Below the pieces are notes generated by a model. The model was not told the origin of the DNA, made no database searches, and was given only the letters and a program-made list of their open reading frames with translations. From an uncultured Microthrixaceae bacterium (GTDB lineage Bacteria > Actinomycetota > Acidimicrobiia > Acidimicrobiales > DATDAH01), in contig CAZYPY010000002.1 in assembly GCA_964649545.1 (NCBI GenBank), positions 7,050-71,049 on the forward strand: DNA of 64,000 nt. The letters run 5' to 3'. Within the stretch, counting starts at the first letter, position 1; each line of letters opens with the position of its first letter. Of this stretch, positions 47,289 through 61,180 are shown in pieces. The translations under genes were made by a program, and so were the position numbers.

Positions 47289-48934
47289 AGCCGCACCGCT
47301 GGCCCGCCCTGCTCGTCGTGCCCGCCGTCCTCGTCGGTGCGGTCGTGGCCGACCGGGCCCGTGACGAGCAACCCGAGGTCGTCGAGGGCCGTGACCTCAC
47401 CCGCAGCCTCGAGGAACAGGGCCTCATGCCCGTGGCCGCCCCGGTCGGTGCGGTGGGGGCGACGTGGTACTGCGCCGGCGGGGTCGTCGACGACGAGGCA
47501 TCGCACACCGTCATCGTGGCCAACCCGACCGACGAGGATCTCGACGGTGCCATCACGGTCTACGGCGACCCCGACAGCGCCAACCCCGTGATCGCGGAGC
47601 CGGTCATCCCCACCACGACGACCACCGCGGGCGGCGACGAGGGTGACGACGCCGGCGAGGACGAGGACACCACCACCACCACGTCCACCACCACGACGAC
47701 CACGATCCCGCCCACCACCACGACCGAGGTGCCGTCGCCCGCGCCGGCGTCTGCCCCGATCGCGGTGCCGGCCGGATCGTCGACGGAGGTCGACCTGGGC
47801 ACCATCGGTGGGGTCGAGCCCGGCTTCACCGCCGCGCTCGTCGAGCTCGACGGTGGCGGCGCCGTCGTCGAGCATCGGGTCACCGACGAGGACGGCAGCG
47901 ACGTCGGCCCGTGCTCGTCCACCGCCTCGCCGACGTGGTACTTCGCCACCGGGGCCACCACCAAGGACGCCACGGAGACTCTCGTGTTCTTCAACCCGTT
48001 CCCCGACGACGCCGTCGTCGACGTCACGTTCCGCACCGACCAGGACGTCCGCACCCCCGAGCAATTCGAGGGCCTCGTGGTCCCCGGCCAGTCGGTGGTC
48101 GCACGCGACATCGGCGAGGTCGTCACCCGCCGCGAGCACGTCTCGGCGAGCGTGGTGGCCCGAGCCGGCCGCCTCGTGGTCGACCGGCTCCAGAGCTACG
48201 ACGGCACGGAAGGAGTGACCGGGCTCACGGTCACCCTCGGCGCGCCCCTGCCGGCGGAGACGTGGTTCTTCCCGGAGGGCACCGTCGGCGAGGGGGTCGA
48301 CGAACGCATCGTGATCTTCAACCCCACCGGCCAGCGCGCCGAGGTCGACCTCGAGATCACCGTCGACGACGCGACCCTCACCGGCGTGATCGAGCCCTTC
48401 GAGCTCACCGTGCCCCCCGAGGGCTACGAGGAGATCCTCCTCGACGAGGAGGCCCGCATCACCTCGGCCCGGGGCGGGGAGGGCGCGCTCGAGCACTCGA
48501 GCACCGTCCGCTCGGTCAACGGCGTCCCGGTGGTGGCCGAGCGCCAGAGCGTCGGTGGCCCCGACAGCTCGCTGGCCGGCGTCGACATCGTGCTCGGGGC
48601 ACCGCTGCTCGCCGACGAGTTCCTGTTCGCCGCCGGCGCCGACGACGGCGACGAGGTCCTCGTGCTCTTCAACGCCGACTCCGACGACGAGGTCACCGCC
48701 ACGGTGTCCGCCGTGGACGACGGCGAGCTCGTCCCGGTGTCGGGCCTCGAGGAGGTCACGCTGGAGGGCCGTCAGCGCACCGCCGTGCTCGTCGACGACA
48801 TCGACGAGGGAACCCCGCTGGTGGTGAGCGCCGACGGGCCGCTCGTGGTCGAGCGTCGGCTGGTGTTCGACGGCGACGTGTCGAGCGCGATCGGCGTCCC
48901 GCTGGCCGGGAGCCTGCGCGAGCCCGCCCCCTGA
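47285..48934 (+). CDS. DUF5719-like exported protein with an acidic/poly-Thr linker
   Basis: GTGA overlap with the GT2 fusion gene. N-terminal TM helix. WYCAGG, TLVFFNPFPDDAVVDVTF and RIVIFNPTGQRAEVDLEI are repeated beta-sandwich-like modules. This gene pairing is conserved in Actinomycetota. Confidence 0.7.
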   Translation: MKPHRWPALLVVPAVLVGAVVADRARDEQPEVVEGRDLTRSLEEQGLMPVAAPVGAVGATWYCAGGVVDDEASHTVIVANPTDEDLDGAITVYGDPDSANPVIAEPVIPTTTTTAGGDEGDDAGEDEDTTTTTSTTTTTTIPPTTTTEVPSPAPASAPIAVPAGSSTEVDLGTIGGVEPGFTAALVELDGGGAVVEHRVTDEDGSDVGPCSSTASPTWYFATGATTKDATETLVFFNPFPDDAVVDVTFRTDQDVRTPEQFEGLVVPGQSVVARDIGEVVTRREHVSASVVARAGRLVVDRLQSYDGTEGVTGLTVTLGAPLPAETWFFPEGTVGEGVDERIVIFNPTGQRAEVDLEITVDDATLTGVIEPFELTVPPEGYEEILLDEEARITSARGGEGALEHSSTVRSVNGVPVVAERQSVGGPDSSLAGVDIVLGAPLLADEFLFAAGADDGDEVLVLFNADSDDEVTATVSAVDDGELVPVSGLEEVTLEGRQRTAVLVDDIDEGTPLVVSADGPLVVERRLVFDGDVSSAIGVPLAGSLREPAP

Positions 48935-49377
48935 TGGAGCGCCTGGCGGTCGCCGCGGTCCTGCTCGTGGGCGCGGTCGTTCTCGCCCTGGTGCTTCGGC
49001 GACGGCAGTCCGACGAGCCGGTGCCCACGTCGTGGGCGGTCCCGACCTGGGTGGAGCGGTCCGACTTCGCCTCGCCGGAGGCACCGTGGCTCGTCGCGGT
49101 GTTCACGTCGGCGACGTGCCGCAGCTGCCAGGACACCGTGGACAAGGCAGGACCGCTGGCCAGCGACGAGGTCGCGGTGGCCGAGATCGAGGTGGGGGCC
49201 CGGCCCGACCTGCACGAGCGCTACGGCATCGAGGCGGTGCCCACGCTGGTGATCGCCGACGCGGAGGGGGCGGTCAGGGGCTCGTTCGTCGGGCCCCCCA
49301 CCACCGCGGAGCTGTGGGCGCGTGTCGCGGAGGCGCGCGATGGTGCCACGGGCGAGGCGGCCGAGGAGCCGTCATAG
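48934..49377 (+). CDS. Membrane-anchored thioredoxin-like protein
   Basis: ATGA overlap with the upstream gene. N-terminal TM helix. Motif FTSATCRSCQ (CxxC) and ...VPTLVIAD. Confidence 0.65.
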   Translation: MERLAVAAVLLVGAVVLALVLRRRQSDEPVPTSWAVPTWVERSDFASPEAPWLVAVFTSATCRSCQDTVDKAGPLASDEVAVAEIEVGARPDLHERYGIEAVPTLVIADAEGAVRGSFVGPPTTAELWARVAEARDGATGEAAEEPS

Positions 49378-49403
49378 GCCGTACGCCGGTCCAAGGGTGG
49401 GAT

Positions 49404-49435
49404 CGGGGTCGGGACCGCGAGGACGGCCGACCCCG
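49404..49435. terminator. Hairpin between convergent genes (possible bidirectional terminator)
   Basis: CGGGGTCGG (49404-49412) pairs with CCGACCCCG (49427-49435) around a 14-nt loop. There is no clear U-tract. Confidence 0.35.
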
Positions 49436-49439
49436 GCGT

Positions 49440-51419
<1,980 letters not shown>

Positions 51420-51470
51420 TGCTAGGGCGCAGAGGGTCCACCGCCACGGGCGCCCCCCGCCCTACGCTCG

Positions 51471-51710
51471 GTGGCCATGAACCGACTCTGCGCGCGCCCC
51501 GGCTGCAGTGAGCGGGCGACCGCGACCCTCGCGTACGACTACCACTCGCGCACGGTCTGGCTCGACGGCCTCTCCTACGAGGTCGACCCGGCCAACCACG
51601 ACCTCTGCACCCGCCACGCCGATCGCCTCACCCCGCCCCAGGGCTGGGAGCTGCACGACCTGCGGGTCGCGGTGGTCGAGCCCATGTTCCGGGCCGCCCG
51701 AGCCTCCTGA
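51471..51710 (+). CDS. DUF3499-type small Cys-containing protein
   Basis: RLCARPGCSERATATLAYDY...DLCTRHADRLTPPQGWEL is the conserved actinobacterial DUF3499 pattern. Confidence 0.75.
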   Translation: MAMNRLCARPGCSERATATLAYDYHSRTVWLDGLSYEVDPANHDLCTRHADRLTPPQGWELHDLRVAVVEPMFRAARAS

Positions 51711-51763
51711 CCCCGCCGGTCGCGGGTCTCGACGACCCGCTCCACCGGTACGCTCGGCACCCG

Positions 51764-52642
51764 ATGCCCGCCCTCCCGACGCCGGACGGGGCTCCGCAGG
51801 TCCCTCCCGCCGGCGCCCACGACCCGCTCGCGGGCCCGCCGCCCCACGCCACCTCGCCCGAGACCGACGGGGTCCCCCCGGTCCGCTGGGGGCTGGGCGG
51901 CGCCTGGCTGGGACTGCTCATCGGCAACGCCGCCGCGGTGTTCGTCGGTGCCGCCATCCTCGCAGTGACGGGGTACGCCGGGGACGACGTCGACGACCTG
52001 CCGCTCGCGATCATCGCCCTGCTCCAGGTGCCGCTGTGGGCCGGCTACCTGACCATGCCCCTGGTCGCCGCCCGCCGCAAGGGCAACGGCCTCGTCGCGG
52101 ACTTCGGCCTCCGCTCCCGGGTGCTCGACGTCCCGGTGGGCCTGGTGGTCGGGGTGCTCACCCAGCTCGTGCTGGTGCCGCTCATCTACGTCCCCATCTT
52201 CTGGGTGATCGGCGAACGCGACGTGTCGGCGGACGCCCGGGCCCTCACCGACCGGGCCACCGACCCCGTCGGCATCGTGCTCCTCGTGCTCATCGTGGTG
52301 ATCGGGGCCCCGATCGTCGAGGAGCTCTTCTTCCGCGGCCTGCTGCTGCGCAGCGCCGAACGTCGGTGGGGTCGGTGGTGGGCGGTCGCCGTGTCCTCGC
52401 TCGTGTTCGGGGCGGTGCACCTCCAGCCCCTGCAGTTCCCCGCGCTCGTGGCCGTCGGCGTCGTCCTGGCCCTGCTCACCCTGCGCACCGGTCGGCTCGG
52501 CCCGGCGATCTTCGCCCACATGGGGTTCAACGCGGTCGCGGTGATCACCCTCATCACCAGCCGCCAGGACGAGCCCGACCCGCTCTCGTTCCTGCACTGG
52601 CTCCACGCCCTCTCGGTGGTGGGCGCCGTCACCGTCCGATGA
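51764..52642 (+). CDS. CPBP-family intramembrane glutamic endopeptidase (CAAX protease-like)
   Basis: APIVEELFFRGLLL and LVFGAVH motifs in a polytopic membrane protein. Confidence 0.8.
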   Translation: MPALPTPDGAPQVPPAGAHDPLAGPPPHATSPETDGVPPVRWGLGGAWLGLLIGNAAAVFVGAAILAVTGYAGDDVDDLPLAIIALLQVPLWAGYLTMPLVAARRKGNGLVADFGLRSRVLDVPVGLVVGVLTQLVLVPLIYVPIFWVIGERDVSADARALTDRATDPVGIVLLVLIVVIGAPIVEELFFRGLLLRSAERRWGRWWAVAVSSLVFGAVHLQPLQFPALVAVGVVLALLTLRTGRLGPAIFAHMGFNAVAVITLITSRQDEPDPLSFLHWLHALSVVGAVTVR

Positions 52643-52714
52643 GCGCGATCGCGCCCTCAACTCGGTGCGGGGTGCGCCGATGGGTCCGGAGCCGCCCGCC
52701 TGGAGACCCGCCCC

Positions 52715-52900
52715 GTGCCCGCACCCCGCTGCCCCCGATGCGACGCCCCCCTGGTCGAGATCACCGTCACCTTGGCGGGGTCGGAGGCCACGATGCGATC
52801 GTGCTCGACGTGCGACCAGCGCACCTGGGTGAGCCACGGACGCCAGGTCGACCTCGACGGGGTGCTGGCGGACCTGCAGGTCGAGCCACGCCGCACCTGA
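52715..52900 (+). CDS. Small zinc-ribbon protein (61 aa)
   Basis: Two CxxC pairs (CPRCDAPL ... CSTCDQRTW). Strong G/C third-position bias. Confidence 0.5.
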   Translation: MPAPRCPRCDAPLVEITVTLAGSEATMRSCSTCDQRTWVSHGRQVDLDGVLADLQVEPRRT

Positions 52901-52939
52901 CCCGGCCTCGGCGCCCCCGGGTGCCACGATGAGGCCCTG

Positions 52940-55594
52940 ATGGCCGACACCCTGCTCGCTGAGCCCACCGGCGAGGACCCCCCGCCCGAGCCGGGCGGGG
53001 CCGGCGACCGGTCCGGGGCGACCGACGCGCCCCATCGCGGCGACGGCGCGGCCGAGCGCGTCGTCCGCGGGGGCCGGGCCCACCGGGCGTGGGCCCGGTT
53101 CTGGGCCATGCCCGCGGAGGGGTGGATCACCCTCGGGGTCGTGGCGGTGTCGGTGGTGTTCACCCTCAGCCACCTCCAACCCGACCTCCTCGTGGCGAAC
53201 ACCACCCCTGCGGGGGGCGACATGGGTGCGCACGTCTGGGGGCCGGCCTACCTCCGCGACCACCTCCTGCCCCATGGCCGCCTGACGGGGTGGACGCCCG
53301 ACTGGTACGCCGGGTTCCCCGCGTACCAGTTCTACATGGTCGTCCCGTCGCTGATGATCCTGGCCCTGGATCTCGTCCTGCCCTACGGCATCGCGTTCAA
53401 GCTGATCACGGTCTCGGGACTGCTCACCCTCCCGGTCGCGGCCTGGGGGTTCGGACGGCTGTCCGGTCTGCGCTTCCCGGGGCCCGCGCTCCTCGCGGCG
53501 GCAACCGTGCCGTTCCTGTTCGACCAGGGATTCACCATCTACGGCGGCAACATCGCGTCGACCCTCGCCGGCGAGTTCGCGTTCTCGATCTCGCTGTCGT
53601 TCGCGATGATCTACCTCGGGGTGGTGGCACGGGGCCTCGAGACCGGTCGCCACCGGGCGCTCGCCGCCGTGCTGCTCGCGCTCTGCGTGCTCTGCCACCT
53701 GATCCCGGCGATCTTCGCGGTCGCGGGCACCGTCGTCTGGTTGGCGCTGCGGCCCGGGCGGGCGCAGTTGCGCTGGCTGGCGACCATGGCCCCGGTCGGC
53801 GTCCTGTTGGCCGCCTTCTGGGTACTGCCCTTCTACCTGCGACGGGCGTACCTGAACGACATGGGCTGGGAGAAGCTCACCGAGTACTGGGTGAACCTCG
53901 TCCCGCACGACTACCGCTGGCTGTTCGTGTTCCCGGTGGTCGGGGCCGTGTTCGCGTTCCTGCGCCGAAGCCGCACCGGGATCTGGCTGGTGGTCATGGT
54001 GGCGGTGTTCGCGGTCGCGTTCGTCCTGGCGCCGCAGGGCCGCCTGTGGAACGCCCGGCTCCTGCCCTTCTACTTCCTCTGCCTCTACCTGCTGGGCGGC
54101 TACGCCATCGCGGAAGCAGGGAAGTCGCTCGCCCGCGCGGCGGGGCGCGTCAACGCCCACCGGATGGCGCCGGCGATCGGCGTCGACACCGTCACCCTCA
54201 CCGGCGCCGAGGGCGTCGTCGCGGACGCCGCCGCCCCGCCGGAGGTGGTCGCGCCCGACGAGGCCCCGGTCGACGACGGCGCTCCCCGGACGCCCGACCC
54301 GGCCGAGCGGGCGGTGCGCCTGCTCACCCCGATCGTCGGCCTGGCCTTCGTCCTCGTCCTCGTCGCGCTGCCCCTGCACGCCCTGCCCTTCGGTCGCACC
54401 GGTGCCGACGGGGTGTACCGCTGGCTCGGCCTGTCCACCACCGATCGCAGCTTCGTCGACAGCTGGGCCCGGTGGAACTACTCCGGCTACGAGCGCAAGC
54501 AGGCCAACGCCAGCGGCGGCGGCTACACCGAGTACCACGACCTCGTCCAGACCATGGGTCGGGTGGGCGAGGAGCAGGGCTGTGGCCGGGCCATGTGGGA
54601 GTACGAGAAGGAGCTCGACCGGTACGGCACACCGATGGCGGTCATGTTGCTGCCGCACTGGACCGACGGCTGCATCGGCTCGATGGAGGGCCTCTACTTC
54701 GAGGCGTCGTCCACCACGCCGTTCCACTTCCTCAACCAGTCCGAGCTGTCGGCGGCGCCGTCCCGCGCCCAGCGCGACCTGCCGTATCGCAATTTCGACA
54801 TCGACGCCGGCATCCAGCACCTCCAGCTGCTGGGGGTGCGGTACTACCTCGCCTTCTCCGACCAGGCGGTCGACGCCGCGGCCGGGCACCCCGACCTGAC
54901 CGAGGTGGCGACGTCCGGGCCGTGGCACGTCTACGAGATCGCCGACAGCGAGCTCGTGACACCGCTGTCGTTCGAGCCCGCCGTCGTCGAGGACGTGCAC
55001 GACGCCATCCACTCGTGGCTGCCGGTGGCGGTGGACTGGTACCAGGACCCGTCGCGGTGGGACGTGCCGCTGGCCACCAGCGGTCCCGAGGAGTGGCCAC
55101 GGGTGCTCCAGGGCCAGGAGCCCGACCGGGTGCCCGTCGAGCCCGTGACGGTGACCGACATCGCCGCCGACGACGACTCGATCTCGTTCGAGGTCGACCA
55201 GGTCGGTTCGCCCGTCCTCGTCAAGACGAGCTACTTCCCGAACTGGCAGGCCTCTGGCGCCGAGGGCCCGTGGCGGGTGGCGCCCAACCTCATGGTCGTG
55301 ATCCCCACCGACACCCGGGTGGAGCTGCGCTACGGGTACACCGGGGTCGACTACCTCGCGTGGGCGGCCACGTTGCTCGGCCTCGTCGGCCTGGTGATGC
55401 TCGTCCGACACCCCGCCCTCGACATGACTCCCCGCCCCCGGCCGGGCCGCGACGGCGGTCCGTCGCCCGCCGACCCGCCCGGCCCGGCCCTGGCCGAGGA
55501 TGCTGGATCGCCGGCCGAGGCGCCGGCGGGAGCTGCGGGAGCGACGGCGGGAGACGCGGGAGCGACGGGCACCGCCCCAGCGCCCGAGCCGTGA
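52940..55594 (+). CDS. 884-aa polytopic membrane protein with a large extracytoplasmic C-terminal domain; GT-C-like glycosyltransferase candidate
   Basis: About 12 hydrophobic helices. The first external loop carries GGDMGAHVWGPAYLRDHL...WTPDWYAGFPAYQFY. A soluble domain of about 350 aa and a final TM helix follow. The stop overlaps the next gene's GTG. Confidence 0.6.
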   Translation: MADTLLAEPTGEDPPPEPGGAGDRSGATDAPHRGDGAAERVVRGGRAHRAWARFWAMPAEGWITLGVVAVSVVFTLSHLQPDLLVANTTPAGGDMGAHVWGPAYLRDHLLPHGRLTGWTPDWYAGFPAYQFYMVVPSLMILALDLVLPYGIAFKLITVSGLLTLPVAAWGFGRLSGLRFPGPALLAAATVPFLFDQGFTIYGGNIASTLAGEFAFSISLSFAMIYLGVVARGLETGRHRALAAVLLALCVLCHLIPAIFAVAGTVVWLALRPGRAQLRWLATMAPVGVLLAAFWVLPFYLRRAYLNDMGWEKLTEYWVNLVPHDYRWLFVFPVVGAVFAFLRRSRTGIWLVVMVAVFAVAFVLAPQGRLWNARLLPFYFLCLYLLGGYAIAEAGKSLARAAGRVNAHRMAPAIGVDTVTLTGAEGVVADAAAPPEVVAPDEAPVDDGAPRTPDPAERAVRLLTPIVGLAFVLVLVALPLHALPFGRTGADGVYRWLGLSTTDRSFVDSWARWNYSGYERKQANASGGGYTEYHDLVQTMGRVGEEQGCGRAMWEYEKELDRYGTPMAVMLLPHWTDGCIGSMEGLYFEASSTTPFHFLNQSELSAAPSRAQRDLPYRNFDIDAGIQHLQLLGVRYYLAFSDQAVDAAAGHPDLTEVATSGPWHVYEIADSELVTPLSFEPAVVEDVHDAIHSWLPVAVDWYQDPSRWDVPLATSGPEEWPRVLQGQEPDRVPVEPVTVTDIAADDDSISFEVDQVGSPVLVKTSYFPNWQASGAEGPWRVAPNLMVVIPTDTRVELRYGYTGVDYLAWAATLLGLVGLVMLVRHPALDMTPRPRPGRDGGPSPADPPGPALAEDAGSPAEAPAGAAGATAGDAGATGTAPAPEP

Positions 55595-56784
55595 GGAGCG
55601 GCCTCGGGCGCGTCCTCCTCCTGGGGGCGCTCTCGACCGTGCTCGACGCCGGGACCTTCGTCGCGCTCCGCCAGGGGCTCGGCTGGGGCGTGGTGCCCGC
55701 CGACCTCGCCGCGCTCGTCCTGGCCGCGGCCACGTCCTACGGCCTGCACCGCGCCACGGCCACCCCTGACGACCCCTACGCCCGCTGGGTGGACCGACCC
55801 GCGGCGTTCGTGCGCATCACCGCAGTGGCCGGTGCGGTCGACCTCACGGTCGTCGTCGGCCTGGTCGCGCTGATCGACCCCACCTCGGCGGCCGCGGTCC
55901 TGGCGGTCAAGCTCGCCGCCCTGCTCGTCGCCGGCGTCGTCCGGTCCGCGGGCGAGCGGCGGCTGCTGTTCCGCCTGGTGCGCGACACCCAGGTCCACCG
56001 GGTGGACCGGCCCGATCCTCCGGGCGACGTGCGGCTGTCCGTCGTGGTCCCTGCGTTCCGCGAGGCCGAGCGCATCGGCGGGACGGTCGCGGCCCTGCAC
56101 GCCGCGCTGGCGGAGGTGACCGCCGACGGCGGCCTCGAGATCGTGGTCGTCGACGACGGCTCTGGCGACGCGACCGCCGACGCGGCGACCGCGGCGGGCG
56201 CGGACGTCGTCCTGGTCCAGCCCGAGAACCGCGGCAAGGGTGCCGCGGTCCGGCGGGGAGCCCTTGCCGCACGAGGTCGCACTGTTGCCTTCACCGACGC
56301 CGACCTGTCGTACTCGCCGGATCAGCTGGTCCGCCTCCTGGCCGAGGTGGAGGACGGCTGGGACGTCGTCGTCGGCAGCCGTCGCCACGAGGACACGACC
56401 ACCCTCGTCCGGGCCGGTCGCCTCCGTGAGGTCGGCGGGCGCGCCATCAACCTGCTCACCCAGGTCGTGCTGCTCGGCCAGTACCGCGACACGCAGTGCG
56501 GCCTCAAGGCCTTCCGCAGCGACGTGGCCCGGCTGCTCTTCGCTCGCTCGCGGATCGACGGCTTCGCGTTCGACGTGGAGCTGTTCCACCTGACCGAGCG
56601 GTACCGCCTCTCGCTCACCGAGGTGCCCGTGCAGGTCGAGAACTCCTCGCGCTCCACGGTCCGCGTCGCCCGCGACGCGGTGCGCCTCGTGCGGGACCTG
56701 TTCCGGATCCGGCGGTGGGCCAAGCGCGGCGAGTACGACGGCCCCGAGGCCGTGGCCGGTGACCGCGCCCTGCCCCTGAGCTGA
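55591..56784 (+). CDS. GtrA-like membrane domain fused to a GT2 polyprenol-phosphate glycosyltransferase (DPM/Ppm/GtrB-like)
   Basis: The N-terminal 130 aa or so are hydrophobic and GtrA-like. Then LSVVVPAFREAERIG...IVVVDDGSGDATA...ENRGKGAAVRRG...TDADLSY...DTQCGLKAF. Confidence 0.8.
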   Translation: MRSGLGRVLLLGALSTVLDAGTFVALRQGLGWGVVPADLAALVLAAATSYGLHRATATPDDPYARWVDRPAAFVRITAVAGAVDLTVVVGLVALIDPTSAAAVLAVKLAALLVAGVVRSAGERRLLFRLVRDTQVHRVDRPDPPGDVRLSVVVPAFREAERIGGTVAALHAALAEVTADGGLEIVVVDDGSGDATADAATAAGADVVLVQPENRGKGAAVRRGALAARGRTVAFTDADLSYSPDQLVRLLAEVEDGWDVVVGSRRHEDTTTLVRAGRLREVGGRAINLLTQVVLLGQYRDTQCGLKAFRSDVARLLFARSRIDGFAFDVELFHLTERYRLSLTEVPVQVENSSRSTVRVARDAVRLVRDLFRIRRWAKRGEYDGPEAVAGDRALPLS

Positions 56785-56842
56785 CCGCGCGCCCGTCGAC
56801 CACGGGGCCGGGAACCTGACCGCGGACGTCCGCCCCTCTAGC

Positions 56843-58237
56843 ATGGGCGAGCTCATGGCACAGATCGACGCGGTCTTCAAGGCCTACGACATCCGGGGCA
56901 CCGTGCCCGACCAGCTCGACGCCGAGCTGTGCCGGGCCATCGGGGCCGCCTTCGCCCACTTCGCCACCGGAGGGATGGACCGGCCGCGCGTGCTCGTGGG
57001 TCGCGACATGCGACCGTCGGGCGTCGAGCTGAGCGGTGCCTTCGCCGCGGGCGTGCGTGCCCAGGGCGTCGACGTCGTCGACCTCGGGCTGTGCTCGACC
57101 GACATGCTGTACTTCGCCTCCGGCCGCGCCGACGCCCCCGCCGCGGTCTTCACCGCGTCGCACAACCCAGCGGCCTACAACGGCATCAAGATGTGCCTGG
57201 CCGGGGCCAAGCCGGTGGGGGAGGAGACCGGCCTGCGTGAGATCAAGGCCGCCGCGGCCGCCGGTGTCGCCGACGCCGCCGGTGCGCCCGGGACGGCGAG
57301 CACCCTCGACGTCCTCGGTGACTTCGCCGCCCACGTGCACTCCTTCGTGGACGTCGGCGCGCTGAGGCCCCTCAAGGTCGTGGCCGACACCGCGAACGGC
57401 ATGGGCGGCCTCGTGGTGCCCGCGGTGTTCGAGGGCCTGCCGTTCGACCTCGAGGTCCTCTACCCCGAGCTCGACGGCACCTTCCCGAACCACCCCGCCG
57501 ACCCGATCCAGCCGGAGAACCAGGCCGACCTGCGGGCCCGGGTGCTCGAGACGGGTGCCGACATCGGCCTGGCCTTCGACGGCGACGCCGACCGCGTCTT
57601 CCTCGTCGACGAGCAGGCCGAGCTGCTGTCGGGCTCGTTGACCACGGCCATCGTCGCGGCCGGCATCCTGGCCAAGCAGCCGGGCTCGACGGTGATCCAC
57701 AACCTCATCTGCTCGAAGGCCGTGCCCGAGGTCATCCGGGAGGGCGGGGGCACGCCGGTGCGGAGCCGGGTCGGCCACTCCTTCATCAAGGCGCTCATGG
57801 CCGAGACCGGCGCGGTCTTCGGCGGCGAGCACTCGGGCCACTACTACTTCCGCGACAACTACCGCGCCGACTCGGGGCTCATCGCCGCCCTCGTCGTGCT
57901 CGAGCAGCTGTCGCAGGCGGGAATCCCGCTCAGCGAACTGCGGGCCCCGTTCGAGCGGTACGCGGCCTCCGGCGAGCTCAACCAGGAGGTCCCCGACCCG
58001 CGTGCGATCATCGACCGCGTCGCCGATCACTACGCCGACGCCGACCAGGACCGTCTCGACGGGCTCACGGTCGACCTGGGTGACTGGTGGTTCAACCTGC
58101 GCCCCTCCAACACCGAGCCGCTCCTGCGGCTCAACCTCGAAGCGCCGGACGCCGACTCGTGCGCCCGCCACGTGGACGAGGTCAACGACGTGATCGGGGC
58201 CGCCGCCTCGAGCCTCTCCGAACGAACGGACTCCTGA
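56843..58237 (+). CDS. manB: Phosphomannomutase/phosphoglucomutase
   Basis: FKAYDIRG, active-site TASHNPAAYNGIK, metal loop FDGDADR, GGEHSGHYYF. Confidence 0.93.
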   Translation: MGELMAQIDAVFKAYDIRGTVPDQLDAELCRAIGAAFAHFATGGMDRPRVLVGRDMRPSGVELSGAFAAGVRAQGVDVVDLGLCSTDMLYFASGRADAPAAVFTASHNPAAYNGIKMCLAGAKPVGEETGLREIKAAAAAGVADAAGAPGTASTLDVLGDFAAHVHSFVDVGALRPLKVVADTANGMGGLVVPAVFEGLPFDLEVLYPELDGTFPNHPADPIQPENQADLRARVLETGADIGLAFDGDADRVFLVDEQAELLSGSLTTAIVAAGILAKQPGSTVIHNLICSKAVPEVIREGGGTPVRSRVGHSFIKALMAETGAVFGGEHSGHYYFRDNYRADSGLIAALVVLEQLSQAGIPLSELRAPFERYAASGELNQEVPDPRAIIDRVADHYADADQDRLDGLTVDLGDWWFNLRPSNTEPLLRLNLEAPDADSCARHVDEVNDVIGAAASSLSERTDS

Positions 58238-58481
58238 TGGCCCTCGACCCCCAGCTCCTCGAGATCCTCGCCTGCCCGGAGGACAAGGGGCCCCTCCTGT
58301 ACTTCGAGGCGGAGGACACCCTCTACAACCCGCGCCTGCGACGCCGGTACACGGTGCGCGACGACATCCCGATCATGTTGATCGACGAGTCCGAGACCGT
58401 CGACGACGCCGAGCACGAGCGCCTGGTGGCCCTCGCCGAGGCGGAGGGCATCGAGCCGACCTTCGTGGACGAGGCCTCCTG

Positions 58482-58482
<1 letters not shown>
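58237..58482 (+). CDS. Trm112-family small protein
   Basis: LLEILACPEDKGPL...RRRYTVRDDIPIMLIDE. ATGA overlap with manB. Confidence 0.8.
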
Positions 58483-61159
<2,677 letters not shown>

Positions 61160-61180
61160 GCCCACCCGTTCCGGCGTCGA

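Noticed and set aside
47590-47730. The acc/acg triplet runs as a non-coding microsatellite or phase-variation switch.
   Set aside because: They are in frame within a well-supported CDS and encode a poly-Thr linker. Slippage would only change linker length, not switch expression on or off.
51575-55411. 1278-aa ORF on the minus strand spanning several plus-strand genes. Similar giants: 4262-6802(+), 14217-16127(-), 15433-17667(-), 19808-22603(+), 49032-51425(+), 29946-30971(+), and the 53089-55590 part of 53089-56784.
   Set aside because: The translations are Arg/Pro/Gly/Ala-rich low-complexity strings with no recognisable motifs. They lie antisense or out of frame to genes with clear family signatures. 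Stop-codon-poor shadow frames are expected at this GC content.
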